A stretch of DNA of 64,000 nucleotides from Octopus vulgaris (taxonomy: Eukaryota). The translations under genes were made by a program, and so were the position numbers. Where the stretch lies: NCBI GenBank assembly GCA_951406725.2, contig OX597826.1:55800001-55864000 (forward strand), given 5' to 3'. Position 1 is the first letter of the stretch. The number at the start of each line of letters is the position of its first letter. Below, piece after piece: positions 43,119 to 57,053 of the stretch. The notes beneath the pieces were generated by a model that did not search any database, had not been told where the DNA came from, and was given only the letters and a program-made list of their open reading frames with translations.

Positions 43119-43894
43119 TGTAATTATATATGTGGGTGTGTGTGTATGTGTGTGTGTGCAAGTGTGCGTGTTATGTGTGTGTGTGTCTGCGCGTGTGTAC
43201 ATCTCTCGATATGGCATAATGAAATCTCTAGGATGCATTACGAATTGCTTCGTGATATAACGTAATAGTTACGTAATTAACTTTTCTTGTGTGAACCCGG
43301 CCTAGAAGTGTATTAAGTGTGGCAGTAGTAGCTCAATACACAGTATCCACACTCACGCACACATATCTATCTATCTACATATATATATATATATATATAT
43401 ATCTTTCAGCGACCTCGTTGCATTAAACTTGCATATGGAGACATTTCTTATTCTTCATATGTTATGCGTTAACTGCAAAAGTATTTCACCTCTGACGAGT
43501 TGGTCTCTTTTAACAGATTATCATTATTGCTCATTATACATATATTTCTTTATTGTTCACAGGGTGATAAACACAGAGGGGACAAACAAGGACAGACAAA
43601 AGCGTGACTGATACTTTTTAAATCGACCCCGAAAGCATGAAGGGCAAAGTCGACCTCGGCGGAATGTGAACTCAAGACGTAACTACTTGTCCAATCCTTC
43701 CCTTCCGATTACATTAATTTTCTGAAATTTCCTCCCGTCGATATATATGTATTTGTTTCGTGAAGGTGTCGCTTTTTAAGCTGAACATAAGCCACACACA
43801 TTTACGGGAGAATCTGTACATGGCAATGGTGCCTGCTTCAGCTTCCGGCAGTGTAATGGATTTATTATAGTATTCGCTGATTTACGGACCGAAG

Positions 43895-44460
43895 TTCTAT
43901 TGAACTGGCGAATTAACAGATTAATGTTGTAGTGAAACGAACACTTAGAAGTCTGATTTACTTTTGAACCGACAGACTAACTGGCCGATGCACTAACAGA
44001 CAGACCAACTGATTAGTGTTTCATTTAAATGACAGGTTAATACACTGTACAAATTAACTTTCTATTGAACCGATAAATTAACAAATTGTCATGCTATCGA
44101 ACCGACTGATTAACAGATTAACAGATTAACATTTTATTAAATGAAGGATTAACAAACTGATATTGCCTATATGACTACAAATTTACAATCGGACGAACTG
44201 ATGAATATTCAAGTTAACGGATTGACAAATCACCATTCTATTGCATCAGCAGATCAACAGACTGGCATATTATCTAACCGATTGGTTAACAAAGTGATAT
44301 GCTATTCATCTGACGGATTAACAGATTAACATTCCGTCAATCGACGTATTAACAGACTGACGTTGGTATGGATCACAGATTAACAAATGCATGTACTAAC
44401 GTACTACTAAACTGATATATTAGCAGATTAACGTTTTACTAAACGGCTGGAATAATATAT
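43895..44460. repeat. Degenerate 31-32-bp minisatellite rich in ATTAACAGA
   Basis: TTAACA(G/A)A-like cores at 44079, 44110, 44255, 44287, 44318, 44349, 44380. Confidence 0.75.
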
Positions 44461-44517
44461 TGTTATACTAATAAATTAGTGGATTAACAATCAGTCATCA
44501 ATAAAATGTGTGTATAT

Positions 44518-44590
<73 letters not shown>

Positions 44591-44724
44591 TGTAGGTAGG
44601 TAGGTAGGTAGGTAGGTTGGTAGGTAGGTGGGTAGGTAGGTACGTAGGTAGGTAGGTAGGTAGGTAGGTAGGTAGGTAGGTAGGTATACGAATGAAAACG
44701 TAGTAGAACAAAGAACGTACAAAC

Positions 44725-44945
44725 AAGGGGAGCAGCCTGTTGATATCACATGATCTGCATGAAATAGCAGTCGAATCTCTCTTAAATCACCCACCCTACG
44801 ATCTCAAAGGCTGAAAAACTGGGTAATAAATCTGGTCCTTCAAGTTACATACACAGTGCCTGAATAAATGACGTCGAGGTTGTGGACGGGAAATCCTCTT
44901 GGTCGTAGGTCTTAATAGATTAGCATAAACCTGAAGCTAAGTATT

Positions 44946-44978
<33 letters not shown>

Positions 44979-44980
44979 AA
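44725..44980 (+). mobile_element. Old repeat family D (probable SINE with (AAC)n tail). Other copies near 1130-1765, 26520-26710, 38620-38825, 40740-40960(-), 46410-46600(-), 47090-47630
   Basis: Shared C(T)GCTAGAAATAGCAGCCAAATCTC..AAATCAC core and GCTAAACAACAAC-like tail. Confidence 0.6.
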
Positions 44981-45489
44981 CAACAACAATAGTCACAAAA
45001 GCAACAACTGCAACAAGACTAACAAAAGCAAAGTCAAGGCAGAGTAAGGCCGTACTACCATACGGAATTTCTGTAGGACAGCTACATGAAGGCGTGGATT
45101 GTGTAGCGGGACAAAGAGATTTAGAGATCAAGTTTAGAGGATAGAGGCGGGAAATGTTGAACGGAAGATAGAAGTGCACTTCCGTTGTAGATATCATAAA
45201 TTTACTAATCTTTTTGTATCCACTTTATCTTGGTAGTTGGGAGACGTAAACATTTAAAGATGGTTTATTATTTAATGGGGCAAAATGTCAAAATGATTTC
45301 GCAGACACTCTGACTCGGTTTCGTGTACAGATACATCACATGAGCTGCATACGTGTATACATATGTATACACACATACACACACACACACATGGGCATAT
45401 ACGCACACACACACACACACACTCACATATATGTATACCAGATCTGTATTTAAATAAGCGTGTATGTATGTATATGTATATATATACAT

Positions 45490-45563
<74 letters not shown>

Positions 45564-45618
45564 ACGTATATATACATTTACATATATATAGACATATTTA
45601 TACAAATGTAGATATAGC

Positions 45619-45743
<125 letters not shown>

Positions 45744-45801
45744 CACAGATATATAAATATCTATACATTTTTATATATATATAAACACGCATATACATAC
45801 A

Positions 45802-45847
<46 letters not shown>

Positions 45848-45948
45848 CACCCATATATGTACGTGTGTGTGTGTGTGCGCGTGTGTGAGTATAGGTGAAT
45901 GAATTGTACGCGTGCATGCGCGTAGATTTAGGTACATAAAAGAAAGAC

Positions 45949-45987
<39 letters not shown>

Positions 45988-47922
45988 AGCAGCGTGGATT
46001 GATATTTTCTTAAGAAAAGAAAATTTGACCTATCAAAGTAGGATGTAAATATTTCTGTAGAGGTTGTTGTATTTATGGTGGTGGTCGGTCGTCGTCGTAG
46101 TCGTCGTGGCAGCGACGACGGCGGTGTTAGTGGTAGTAGTAATGGTGTGCTGGCGGTGGTGATGGTGGTAGTAGGATTATGGACGATGTAGTATTGGCTA
46201 GGATGATGATGATGGTGTTTATAGTGGGTAGTAGTGGTGTGTATGTAATGAGAATGGTAAAGATTCTGGTTATAGACGTGTAGGCAGCGATGGTGGAGGC
46301 AGTGGTGGAAGTTTTGGTAATGGTGGTGGTAGTGATGAGGATGAAAGTGAAGTGATGGTTGCGTTGGTGATGGTGATGGTATTGGTGGAGAAATTATTGT
46401 TATTGGTTTCATTGTTGTTAGTTTGCCCAGGTCGGCACCGATCGAACAGATCTTTGATCAAACGCATTCCTGTCGTGACCAACACATCTTTTTAATACAT
46501 TATGAACTATATTGTTTAATATAAATTTTTAAAGAAGCCCTGAAAAGGATTTGAGAGTATTCGGCTGCTATTTCTAACAAGATCTAGCTACAACTTAGAG
46601 CCCTCTGTCATGGCTTGTTACTATTGGTGATAGAGATGGTTGTGATGATGATGATGGTGATACTGGCGGCGTTGATGGTTGAGGAAACTGTGATATGGAA
46701 GGTATTCAAAAAAGAGGAGAGGTAGAGGAGAAGGCACAGGAGATTGGAGGTTGAGGAGGCGGATGAAGGGGAGGAAGATGAAGTGAAGGAGGATTTATTG
46801 TTATTGCACTGAAAAGGTCAAAACTTGCTGAGTAAAAGAGGCGGAAACAGTTGTGAATAAACGGTAGGTGAAGGTCTGGTAATTGAGTTAAATGTTGCAA
46901 TGATGCACCTATTGTTTGGTTTGGGCGGTTGATACCTTGCACTCGCAAGATCGCCTCTGTGGCTCAACTACAAAGGGAAAAGTATCTTCGCCAGTCATGA
47001 GTAAACTGCGGGCCGCGAGAGGTTCTGAATGGCACGCCTGATTGCACGAGGAAAATAAACGTTTATTAAAAGTTGTTAGTAATGCGACCCGTTTCTCGCT
47101 TGACTTGCTAGAAATAGCGGCCGACAATATTCATATCATTAAAGCAATGGACGAGCTAGAGGAGCAGCTAGGAGGTGATCACCTGATCTGCTAGAAATAA
47201 CTCTTAAATCTCCCTTATATTTCACCCACCCTGCAGTCTCAAAGTAAGAACACATTGGATAAGTATACTTCAAGACACATTATGCCAGAATAAAAGACTC
47301 CAAGGTCATGAGGGAGGCATCCAGAAGGTAATCACGTGATCTGCTGGAAGTAGTTGCAAAATCTCCCTTACACCAGCCTTTGTTGTCTCATAGTAAGAAT
47401 GTATTGGATAATACATTTAGTCCAAGATACTCTATGCCTGAATAAAAGATAATGAGGTCATGACCTCTCTTAATTCACAACTTATCGTCTTCAAAAATGT
47501 AGACGAAACATAGGGTGATGCACACCAAGAGGTATAATGGCTTTAAAAAAGACAGGTAGGTCACGGTTTGAACGCATTTGGTCATAACTATAGGATTAAA
47601 CATGGCGAAGCAATAGCGAGTTATCCAGTTCAAGGTTTACCTTGGCCAAAAATACTTTTTTATAAACAAAGCACAAGTGAATATAATGAGCCAATCTTTT
47701 ATAATATTATGGCTTCAAAGTTCGGCACCAGGAGAAAACATTTGAGGGGACGAGTCTACAACACCGACGAGAGTACTTGAATGGCACTTTATTTTATCGA
47801 CCCTGTAATGGTTAACGGCAAAGTCTACCTCGGCCGAATTCGAACTCAGAATGTAAAAAGTGATAAAAAAAACTGTTAAGCATCTTGTTCGACTCATTAA
47901 GCTTTCCTGCTTGTTCGCCGCC

Positions 47923-47945
47923 TAATAATAATAATAATAATAATG

Positions 47946-48034
<89 letters not shown>

Positions 48035-48060
48035 AATAATAATAATAATGATGATGATGA
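47923..48060. repeat. (AAT)n-(AAC)n-(GAT)n microsatellite; similar triplet arrays at 33572-33670, 48545-48810, 49790-50035
   Basis: Read directly. Confidence 0.95.
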
Positions 48061-48618
48061 TTCTTTTATTCTTTTATTTGTTTCGGTCATTTGACTGCAG
48101 CCATGCTGGAGCACTGCCTTTAGTCAAACAAATCGACCCCAGGCCAAAGACATCTGGAAATTATCCACAATAGTTTCCGGCCAGAAAATCCTCCGGAACA
48201 GACTAACCAGTTCGTTCTTGTCGGCGCCCAGAGGCTCCTCGAGAACATCGTCGCACTTCCCCGTCATTAATCCTCTATAATTTTTATAAATCCTTAAAAT
48301 TCTAAAGCATCCAGGACTAATAATAATAATAATAAAAAAGTAATAATAATAATAATCCTTTCCACTATAGGCACAAGGCCTGGAATTTGAGGGGTGGGGG
48401 AATAATCGATTGACTGGTTCTTTATTTACCGATCCCGAAAAAATGAAAGGCAAAGTCGACCTCGGCAAAATTTGAACACAGAATATGATGAGAGACGATA
48501 TGCTGCTAACTATTTCGCTCGGCGTGCTAACGATTCTGCCAGATGATAATGATGATGCTAGTAATAATGATGAAGATGATGATGATGATGTGATGATGAT
48601 GAGGAGGAAGACAACGAC

Positions 48619-48673
<55 letters not shown>

Positions 48674-48851
48674 GTGGTGATGATATTGATGACGCCGACA
48701 ACGACGACGATGATGATGACAACAATGATGATGATGACGACGACGACGATGATGATGATGACGACGACAATGATGATGACGATAAAGATGATGACGATGA
48801 TGATGATGATTTCTTCTATTTGCCATTAGGGCGGCGTGCAAGGAGGACAAT

Positions 48852-49246
48852 ATATATTTCTTTACTACCCAGAAGGAGCTAAACAGAAGAGACAAACAAG
48901 GACAGACAAACGGATTAAGTCGATTACATCGAACCCAGTGAACTGTTACTTAATTTATCGACTCCGAAAGGATGAAAGGCAAAGTCAACCTCGGCGGAAT
49001 TTGAACTCAGAACGTAACGGCAGACGAAATACGTATTCCTTTATTACCCGCAAGGGGTTAAACATAGAGGGGACAAACAAGGACAGACATAGGTATTAAG
49101 TCGATTACATCGACCCCAGTGCGTAACTGGTTCTTAATTTATCGGCCCCGAAAGAATGAAAAGTCAACCACGGCGGAATTTGAACTCAGAACGTAACGGC
49201 AGACGAAATACGGCTACGCATTTCACCCGGCGTGCTAACGTTTCTG
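48852..49246 (-). mobile_element. SINE family B dimer
   Basis: Two Meta-like units on the minus strand. Confidence 0.88.
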
Positions 49247-49877
49247 ACTTGTGGGAATCTACATAGAAGGATTATCGTAATTGCTATATTTATTGTTGAT
49301 GCTGTTTCTGCCGTTTTGCTAAAAAAAAAAAAAATGGGGTGAGGGTATATACGAAAGTGTTTTTTGCATTATAGTTGTAGCGATCCCGAGTGATCACAGT
49401 TTAGTTGGCAAGGATCACGAAACCTAATCGACAGGAACACTCAGCCCCGTTCAGAAATCTCAAGAATGTTTAACCCCACGAAGTAATTAGAAATTATCTC
49501 CCTTGGGTCCAATTACCGAAGAGTTTGCAACAACATCAAAGGATTAAATATAAGATCTAATGTCCTAACATTACAAACAAAGAGGCACACCAGAATCTAA
49601 ATACATAGGCACATGAGTGCGTGCGTGCGTGTGTGTGTGTGTGTGTGTGAGGTAAATACTGATTAACTGTTTTGAGACTGACAACACCTTGAGAAAAGAA
49701 GCTCTCCGCTTTAGGTCATACTGAAATTCATGCAGGATATCTCCTACTATGTATCGGGCCAAGAGCTAAAGCCGTGCCAATGAAAGAAAAATTACTACTA
49801 CAACTACAACTACAACAACTACTACAACTACTACAACAACTACTACTACTACTACTACTACTATCACCACCACCACC

Positions 49878-49914
<37 letters not shown>

Positions 49915-50029
49915 ATAATAATAATAATAACAACAGCAACAACAATAATAATAATAATAAAAACAACAACAACGACTACTACTACTACTACTATTACTAC
50001 TACTACTACGAATACTACAATAATAATAA

Positions 50030-50153
50030 TAATAAATGCCTTGATGCAGTACCAGGCAGTTACCCTCATGGCTTCTCATCTTAACTGATTGGAAGTGTTA
50101 TCATGTACATTGTTTTTTCTTGGTATAAAAGATGGGCTACAGCAAATATTCTG
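50030..50153 (-). mobile_element. Probable 3' end of a non-LTR element with a (TAT)n tail
   Basis: A unique segment runs directly into (TTA)n on the minus strand. No protein motif visible. Confidence 0.3.
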
Positions 50154-50486
50154 GGTTTTGTCGAACTTCTATCGAAAATTCCCCATGACAGACAGCTGAT
50201 AAAAACTGATACAAACACATATGTAGAACTCTTTTAAAATTCCCAAAAGTCTAAAGCCGGATAAAGGACTTTAGGAAGGCTTTTCATTAATTATAAAGCA
50301 TCAGACGAGGCGCCTGAATAAGCCGAGCCTCTCAAAATCCAAGGTAAGTGACCTAATTCCATTTTGTTTTCGAATAAACATGGTCGCTTTCAGAGTGAGG
50401 TGTGTGAATATTTGTAGCCTGATGTCAGCATGGAAGCAAGTTCACTTGCTAAATGACCCCAGGCCGCTCGATTTAGATGTGGCAGC

Positions 50487-50541
<55 letters not shown>

Positions 50542-51068
50542 GTCCTCTCTACTATAGGCACGGGGCCTGAAATTTTGTGGAGAGGGAACAAGTCAATTAC
50601 ATTGACCCTTGTATTTCACTGGTACATGATATATCGATTCCGAAAGGATGAAAGGCAAAGTCGACCACGGCGGAATTTGAACACAGAACGTAAAAGCGGA
50701 GGAAATGCCGTGAAAAACATTTCGCTTGGCGTGCTAACGATTCTAACAGCTCGCCTGATAAATAGGACAGGATTTAACCAATCTAATTAAGAATAAAAAA
50801 AATTAGACCCCGAAAAAAGAGCTGTTAAATATCATCTGATGAAAATCGGTTATCTGATCAAGATTCCGGAATTCTTGTCCACGCGAATAAGACTGGCAAA
50901 ATACATAATGAACCACTGGATAGGTAGCGAAAACTTATACTTAAGCAGCTGCATAAGCATTATCTGCTAGCTAGGAAACATATGTAGCCTGGGTTTTACC
51001 TGTTACACTCCCTCAATCTGGACATATATACATATACATACATACATACACATATATACATACATATG

Positions 51069-51140
<72 letters not shown>

Positions 51141-51201
51141 TTAAATCGAGTAATGATGATTTCGAAGTATATAATAAGAACGTTTTAGACCGTTGCGTAA
51201 A

Positions 51202-51246
<45 letters not shown>

Positions 51247-51296
51247 CATACATATATATATGTATACGTACATATAGATATATATACATAGTTGTG

Positions 51297-51327
<31 letters not shown>

Positions 51328-51911
51328 TTGTATATACATATATATATATGTATGTGTGTATATATCTGTATTTGTATAAGTATATGTATGTACACACACA
51401 CACACACTCATAATATACGAACCTCGAAATAACGTTTATTCAACTTTCTAAGAAAAGATAAGTGTATACAAGAACAAGATCAACAACAACAAAAACTGCA
51501 CCAGCAGCAGCAGCAACAACAACAAGAATCAGTAACAACAATAAGCAAATAGCAAAGACTTTGTGTCTTAGAAGACGTCCGGCTGATAAATATATGATGT
51601 GTGAAGCGATAAATCATAATTTTCTGACATATGTAAACAATAAATCATAATTTTATAATGGATGAAATGATAAATTGTAATTTTCTTACATTAAACGTAT
51701 AATGATAAATCGTAAATTTATGATATATACATACGTACACTATACAGGTGTTTGTGTGTGCTTATGCGTTTGGGTGTGTGCGCATGTGGGGGATTCAAGG
51801 GGTTTTGTTGTCATATATATATGTATATATATATATATATATAGATATATAAATATATATATATTAACATGTATACATATATATATATATCCATGTATAT
51901 GTGTATATATA

Positions 51912-51950
<39 letters not shown>

Positions 51951-52054
51951 CGATATGTGTGCGGGTGCAGTCGTTTGTAAGCACACACTCACCTGTACAT
52001 TATACGATTATATGCATATGTGTGTGTATATATATATATGTGTGTGTGTCTGTG

Positions 52055-52091
<37 letters not shown>

Positions 52092-52379
52092 GTGTGTGTG
52101 TGTGTGTGTGTTTGTGTGTATGTATATATATATACGTATGTATGTGTGTACTATATATATACATATATATATGTAATTTGTATGTATATAAGCATATACA
52201 TATATATGCATATATATCTATGTATAAATATGTATACATATGCACATATACGTGCATGTATATCTATATATATCTCTATATATTATATATATATACATAC
52301 ATACAAACATGCATACGTGCATACATACACACACATACATACAAACAAACATACATACATACATACATACATACATACA

Positions 52380-52412
<33 letters not shown>

Positions 52413-52692
52413 TCATACGTACTTACGTACGTATCTATATATATTCTATGTGAATGCTTCCGTACGTGTGTATGCATCTGTGTACGAATCTCTGTAGTAT
52501 TAAGGTTCGTTTGTGAAGTGATAAATCATATATTTGCTGTCATTCAAGTTGATATTTTCGTAGCTGATGTAATATGTATGCTTGTATCGTTTCGTATACG
52601 TGTTTTTGTATATATGCTAAAATGCGTGCATATGCGTATATGTACATACATACGCACGCAAACGCACACGCATATATATATATGCGTGTATT

Positions 52693-52731
<39 letters not shown>

Positions 52732-52842
52732 TTGTATTTGTATGTGTGTATGCATGTATATGTATGTGTAAATAGGTTTCTAAATGTCTATTATTTGTGT
52801 GTCCAATATGTCTTATCTCGAGGCGAGTTCATTTGCTTAAGA

Positions 52843-52931
52843 ACGGTAACTAGACTAGTTCTAAGACTGACTCTTTTACAGATTTCTTTCATGAACTACA
52901 ATGCAAGCGACACTTGATCTAATGGACACAC

Positions 52932-52940
<9 letters not shown>
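52843..52940. repeat. Probable donor copy of the 98-bp exact inverted duplication at 37205-37302
   Basis: Base-for-base reverse complement; both copies give the MQATLDLMDTRKH ORF start in the track. Confidence 0.95.
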
Positions 52941-52990
<50 letters not shown>

Positions 52991-54110
52991 TATGCACACG
53001 CGCACAAACTTACGCTGATACATAGAGGTATACGTAGTCAAGCCAAAATCCAGATACATAATTATATATGTGCACGTTTGTGCATATGATTTAGGTAAAT
53101 ACTGATTAACTGTTCTTTGGCTTCTAAGTGTTTATTTATAGAAACAAATCTGATACTCGCATTTGAGCACTGCTTTTTTTCTTTTTTACTTTTTTCTTTT
53201 CTTTTTTCTTCCAAATGCATTTCATTTATGAAAAATGGAAACTGATCACGTTTAAAGCTAAATTAAATATTATTACCCACTCTTTAAAACCACAGACCCT
53301 TTCAGTCGATTTTCTCTTTATTTCGTGACCTACATGTGTTAATAGAAAAATCGAAATTGCTAGATTTCTTTTGATATGCCCTGAATATTTTGTAAATATA
53401 TTGATTTCAAATTTTAGCACATTGTCAAGAATTGCTGGGGGAGAGGGGTAGTGTGTAAGATGATTACATCGACCCCTGTGCTCAACTGGTATTTATTCTA
53501 TCGGCCCAGAAGGGCAAATTCGTCCTCGGTTTAGACACAAAAATGGATGAAATGCCGCAAAGTATTTTAGCCGATGGGCTAACGGGTCTGCCAAATCGCC
53601 ACCTTATTTTGTAAGAATATCGATTTCAAATTTTGGCACAAGGCCAGCAAGACTTGTTTAAACGGTCCTTTTTGGCCGAACCGCTAAGTTACGGGGACGA
53701 AACACACCAACATCCGTTATCAAGCAGTGCTGGAGGGGACTAACAGAGACACAACAATGACACAAACACACACATATAGATATGTGTGTGTGCGTGCGAG
53801 TGTGTATTTTTCTGACATTTTTCAGCTGTTGGGGCGTAGGTGGGGCATTAATTTCATTGGTTTAATTGGCATAGACGTATGTTCATAGCACCGGCTACCT
53901 GTTGAGTTCTTGTGCATTGTCAGTAATGAAATACGGAATATAATCAGGAGCAAAACTTACAGCTCTTCGGTTGTACACGCGTGTCTCATATTCTCTGTCA
54001 CTCTTTCTCCCTTTCTACACCCTCACTCTCTCTGCAGATGTACTCATGTGTGTGAGTTCTTGCGTGTATGAGTGTGTGTGTATATATATATATATATGTT
54101 TCTGTATATG

Positions 54111-54236
<126 letters not shown>

Positions 54237-54343
54237 CATATATGTGGGTGTGTATGCATACACACACGCACATACGTAACGTGAGTATATGTCCGTGTTG
54301 GCATATTTGTATACGCATGTTTGTGTTGACGTGTGTATGTGTT

Positions 54344-54454
<111 letters not shown>

Positions 54455-54959
54455 TAAAAGCTAAACCCAATAAAATTAAATAAAAATTTCATTTTATTAT
54501 TTCTCTTTTTCTCATTTCTTCTTAAGATTTCAACCAGAAAAATAAAATACAAAAAAGTTGTTTTCTAAAGTTAAACGATGTTCAAATAAAAAAAAAATGA
54601 AACAAAAATGCAAAAGCAGGAAAAACAAAAGAAAAAAAATCATCTGTCTTTACCGAGTCCCAGGGGCCGAGTGAAAAACATTTAGTAGCTACAGCTTGTC
54701 AAAACTTTCTGCCAATCAGACGGAGAATTGGTTTTCTCCGGCAATCTTGAAAAAAAAAAAATTAAATAAATAAAGACCGCCCGTTAGCAGAATAATTTTG
54801 TTTTTAAATCATGTATTTTTTTTTTGTTTTTGTTTGTGAGATTTTCAAAATCATCAGTTGAATAAAATAAATATATCACATCAAATCATTTGGTTCCATG
54901 TAATACGCATTTATTTTTAATTTTTAATTTCATTATTTATTTGTGTATTTTATTTTCAG

Positions 54960-55045
54960 TTGGACTTCGGGCCACAGCAGAGACAGTTGATTTTCTGCAA
55001 CAACATTCAACGCATGAAAAAGACTTTTTGTGGTCGGAAATTTAA
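54960..55045 (+). CDS. Candidate terminal coding exon (x)GLRATAETVDFLQQHSTHEKDFLWSEI*
   Basis: Long T-rich tract plus TTTTCAG| acceptor, 27 open codons in phase 1, TAA, then AATAAA near 55152 and 55279. The C-terminus fits a class I PDZ-ligand pattern. No homolog recognised. Confidence 0.35.
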
Positions 55046-55467
55046 TAAGAAAAGAGAGAAACAGAAAAATAACACTATTTTATTTAACCCCCCTCTCTCC
55101 CTCTCTCTCTTCATTTTTTTTTTACTTTTAGCTTTTCTTCAATATATATTTAATAAATTACTTCAACATACCTCATAATACGTTTTAAATGCAAAGTGTC
55201 CAAAACAAAAAAATGTATACACACATTGAATGATTATAAAGTCAGTGTTTATCAAAATACATTTCATTTTCAAAATTGAATAAAATCGATAGACAGACGT
55301 TTTTAAAAGCTTGTTTTCAAACTGATTACCGTTCTGATCCGGGCACAGTCGATAACGCGAAGCAATGGAGTCGTAAATATCAAGAAATATTGTGTTCGGT
55401 ATTTGTGCACGTTTTCATTCAATGGCTGCTCTCAATTCGTCGATTGTTTCTGATTTTGAACTGTAAA

Positions 55468-56083
55468 TAATCTTTTCTACTCTAGACAGAAGGCCCGAAA
55501 TTTTAGAGGAGGGTGGGCCAGTCGATTAGATCGACCCTAGTACGCAACAGGTACTTAATTTATCGACCCCGAAAGGACAAAAAGGCAAAGTCGACCTCGG
55601 CGAAATTTGAACTCAGAACATAAAGACAGACGAAATACGGCTAAGCATTTTGCCGGCGTGCTAACGCTTATTATTTATTTATTGCCCACAAGGAGCTAAA
55701 CATAGTGGGGACAAACAAGGACAGACAAAGGGATTAAGTCGATTAGATCGACCCCAGTGCGTAAGTGGTACTTAATTTATCGGCCCCGAAAGGATAAAAG
55801 GCAAAGGCGACATCGGCGAATTTGAACTCGGAACGTAGCGACAGACGAAATACCTATTTCTTTACTACCCACAAAGGGCTAAACACAGAGGAGATAAACA
55901 AGGACAGACAGACGGATTAAGTCGATTATATCGATCCCAGTGCGTAACTTGTACTTTATTTGTCGACCCCGAAAGGATGAAAGGCAAAGTCGGCCTCGGC
56001 AGAATTTTAACTCAGGAGATACCGGCGGGCGAAATGCGAAGCACTTCGCCCGGCGTGCTAAGGTCTCTGCCAGCTCGCCGCCT
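55468..56083 (-). mobile_element. Family B cluster (dimer plus monomer)
   Basis: Three Meta-like units on the minus strand. Confidence 0.88.
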
Positions 56084-56139
56084 TTTTGTACGGTAAAAAA
56101 CTGTCGCTGGTCTTGGCGCTGGAGATGGCGGGAGTTATC

Positions 56140-56860
56140 TCCCCGTTAGCAATATAAAAAAGCGTACATTTTGCACCAAAAACCTACATGAGACTTCCTT
56201 TCATGGTGTCTACCGCAGTAAAGTTTGTTCTAACAGAACAACGACGTTTCAGTGCGGATATTAAACCTAGGTATTAAAACTGCTTCTGTCTCTAGTAAAT
56301 ATTATCTTTCAAGTATCCTCATAACAAGTCTGATGGTGTGAGGTCCGCTGAACACAAAATGTATTCTACTGAACCTGTGTCTCCACACAACCTGTTTTTT
56401 AATATCTCATTAAAGTAGGCACTTTCATTACTTTGGTAGAGCTAGTGATCCAAAAATACTGGAAATAAAATTCAACATTTTCTAATTCCGTTGAATGCAT
56501 GACATAAATAGTTGTTACAGCAATTTCAAGTAAATTGAGCCAGTCACACTGCCGTAAAAAAAGAATGGTCCGACTTAATTTTCTGATAAACCGCATCATG
56601 GGAAACCAATACGATGTCTCTCTGTAATATGCGGACTCTCAGATGCCCAGTGGATGCGACTGTAGCGGATAACTGCGCTATTCTACACATCTTGCCAAGT
56701 GCTACTCACGAAATTCCACTTTTCGGTCCCAGTCATCGTTATTGACATTATGGAATATTCTTGGAATGTGGCCGACCAACAGGTCGCTGGAACAATAAAT
56801 GTATTTCGCCTCAAAGAAACGAACGCAAATTTCGTGTACCGGTTGCATCTGGTTAGACAC
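56140..56860 (-). pseudogene. Decayed Tc1/mariner-superfamily transposase
   Basis: Minus-strand peptides across frameshifts: IHWASESPH, GPFFFYGSVTGSIYLKLL, EFYFQ, TGSVEY..SADLTPSDLL*GYLKDNIY. These match the WxxxNPH, GPFFF, FQQD and SPDLTPxDFFLWGYLK motifs. Confidence 0.75.
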
Positions 56861-57053
56861 CACATAGGTGGATAATTATTTTGCGGCGAGAAGTTTATTG
56901 CTAATGCTTTTGCAGTATTGATGCTATCTGAACGAGTTTACATCCATTCATCCATCCATCTATCTATATACATACATACATACATACATACATACATACA
57001 TACATACATACATACATACATACATACATACATACATACATACATACATACAT

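Noticed and set aside
43895-44460. CRISPR array
   Set aside because: Eukaryotic context, degenerate repeats, homologous 'spacers', no cas genes.
50275-50343. 69-nt exon ending AAG|GTAAGT
   Set aside because: Good donor, but no pyrimidine tract at the acceptor and no recognisable peptide; too weak to list.
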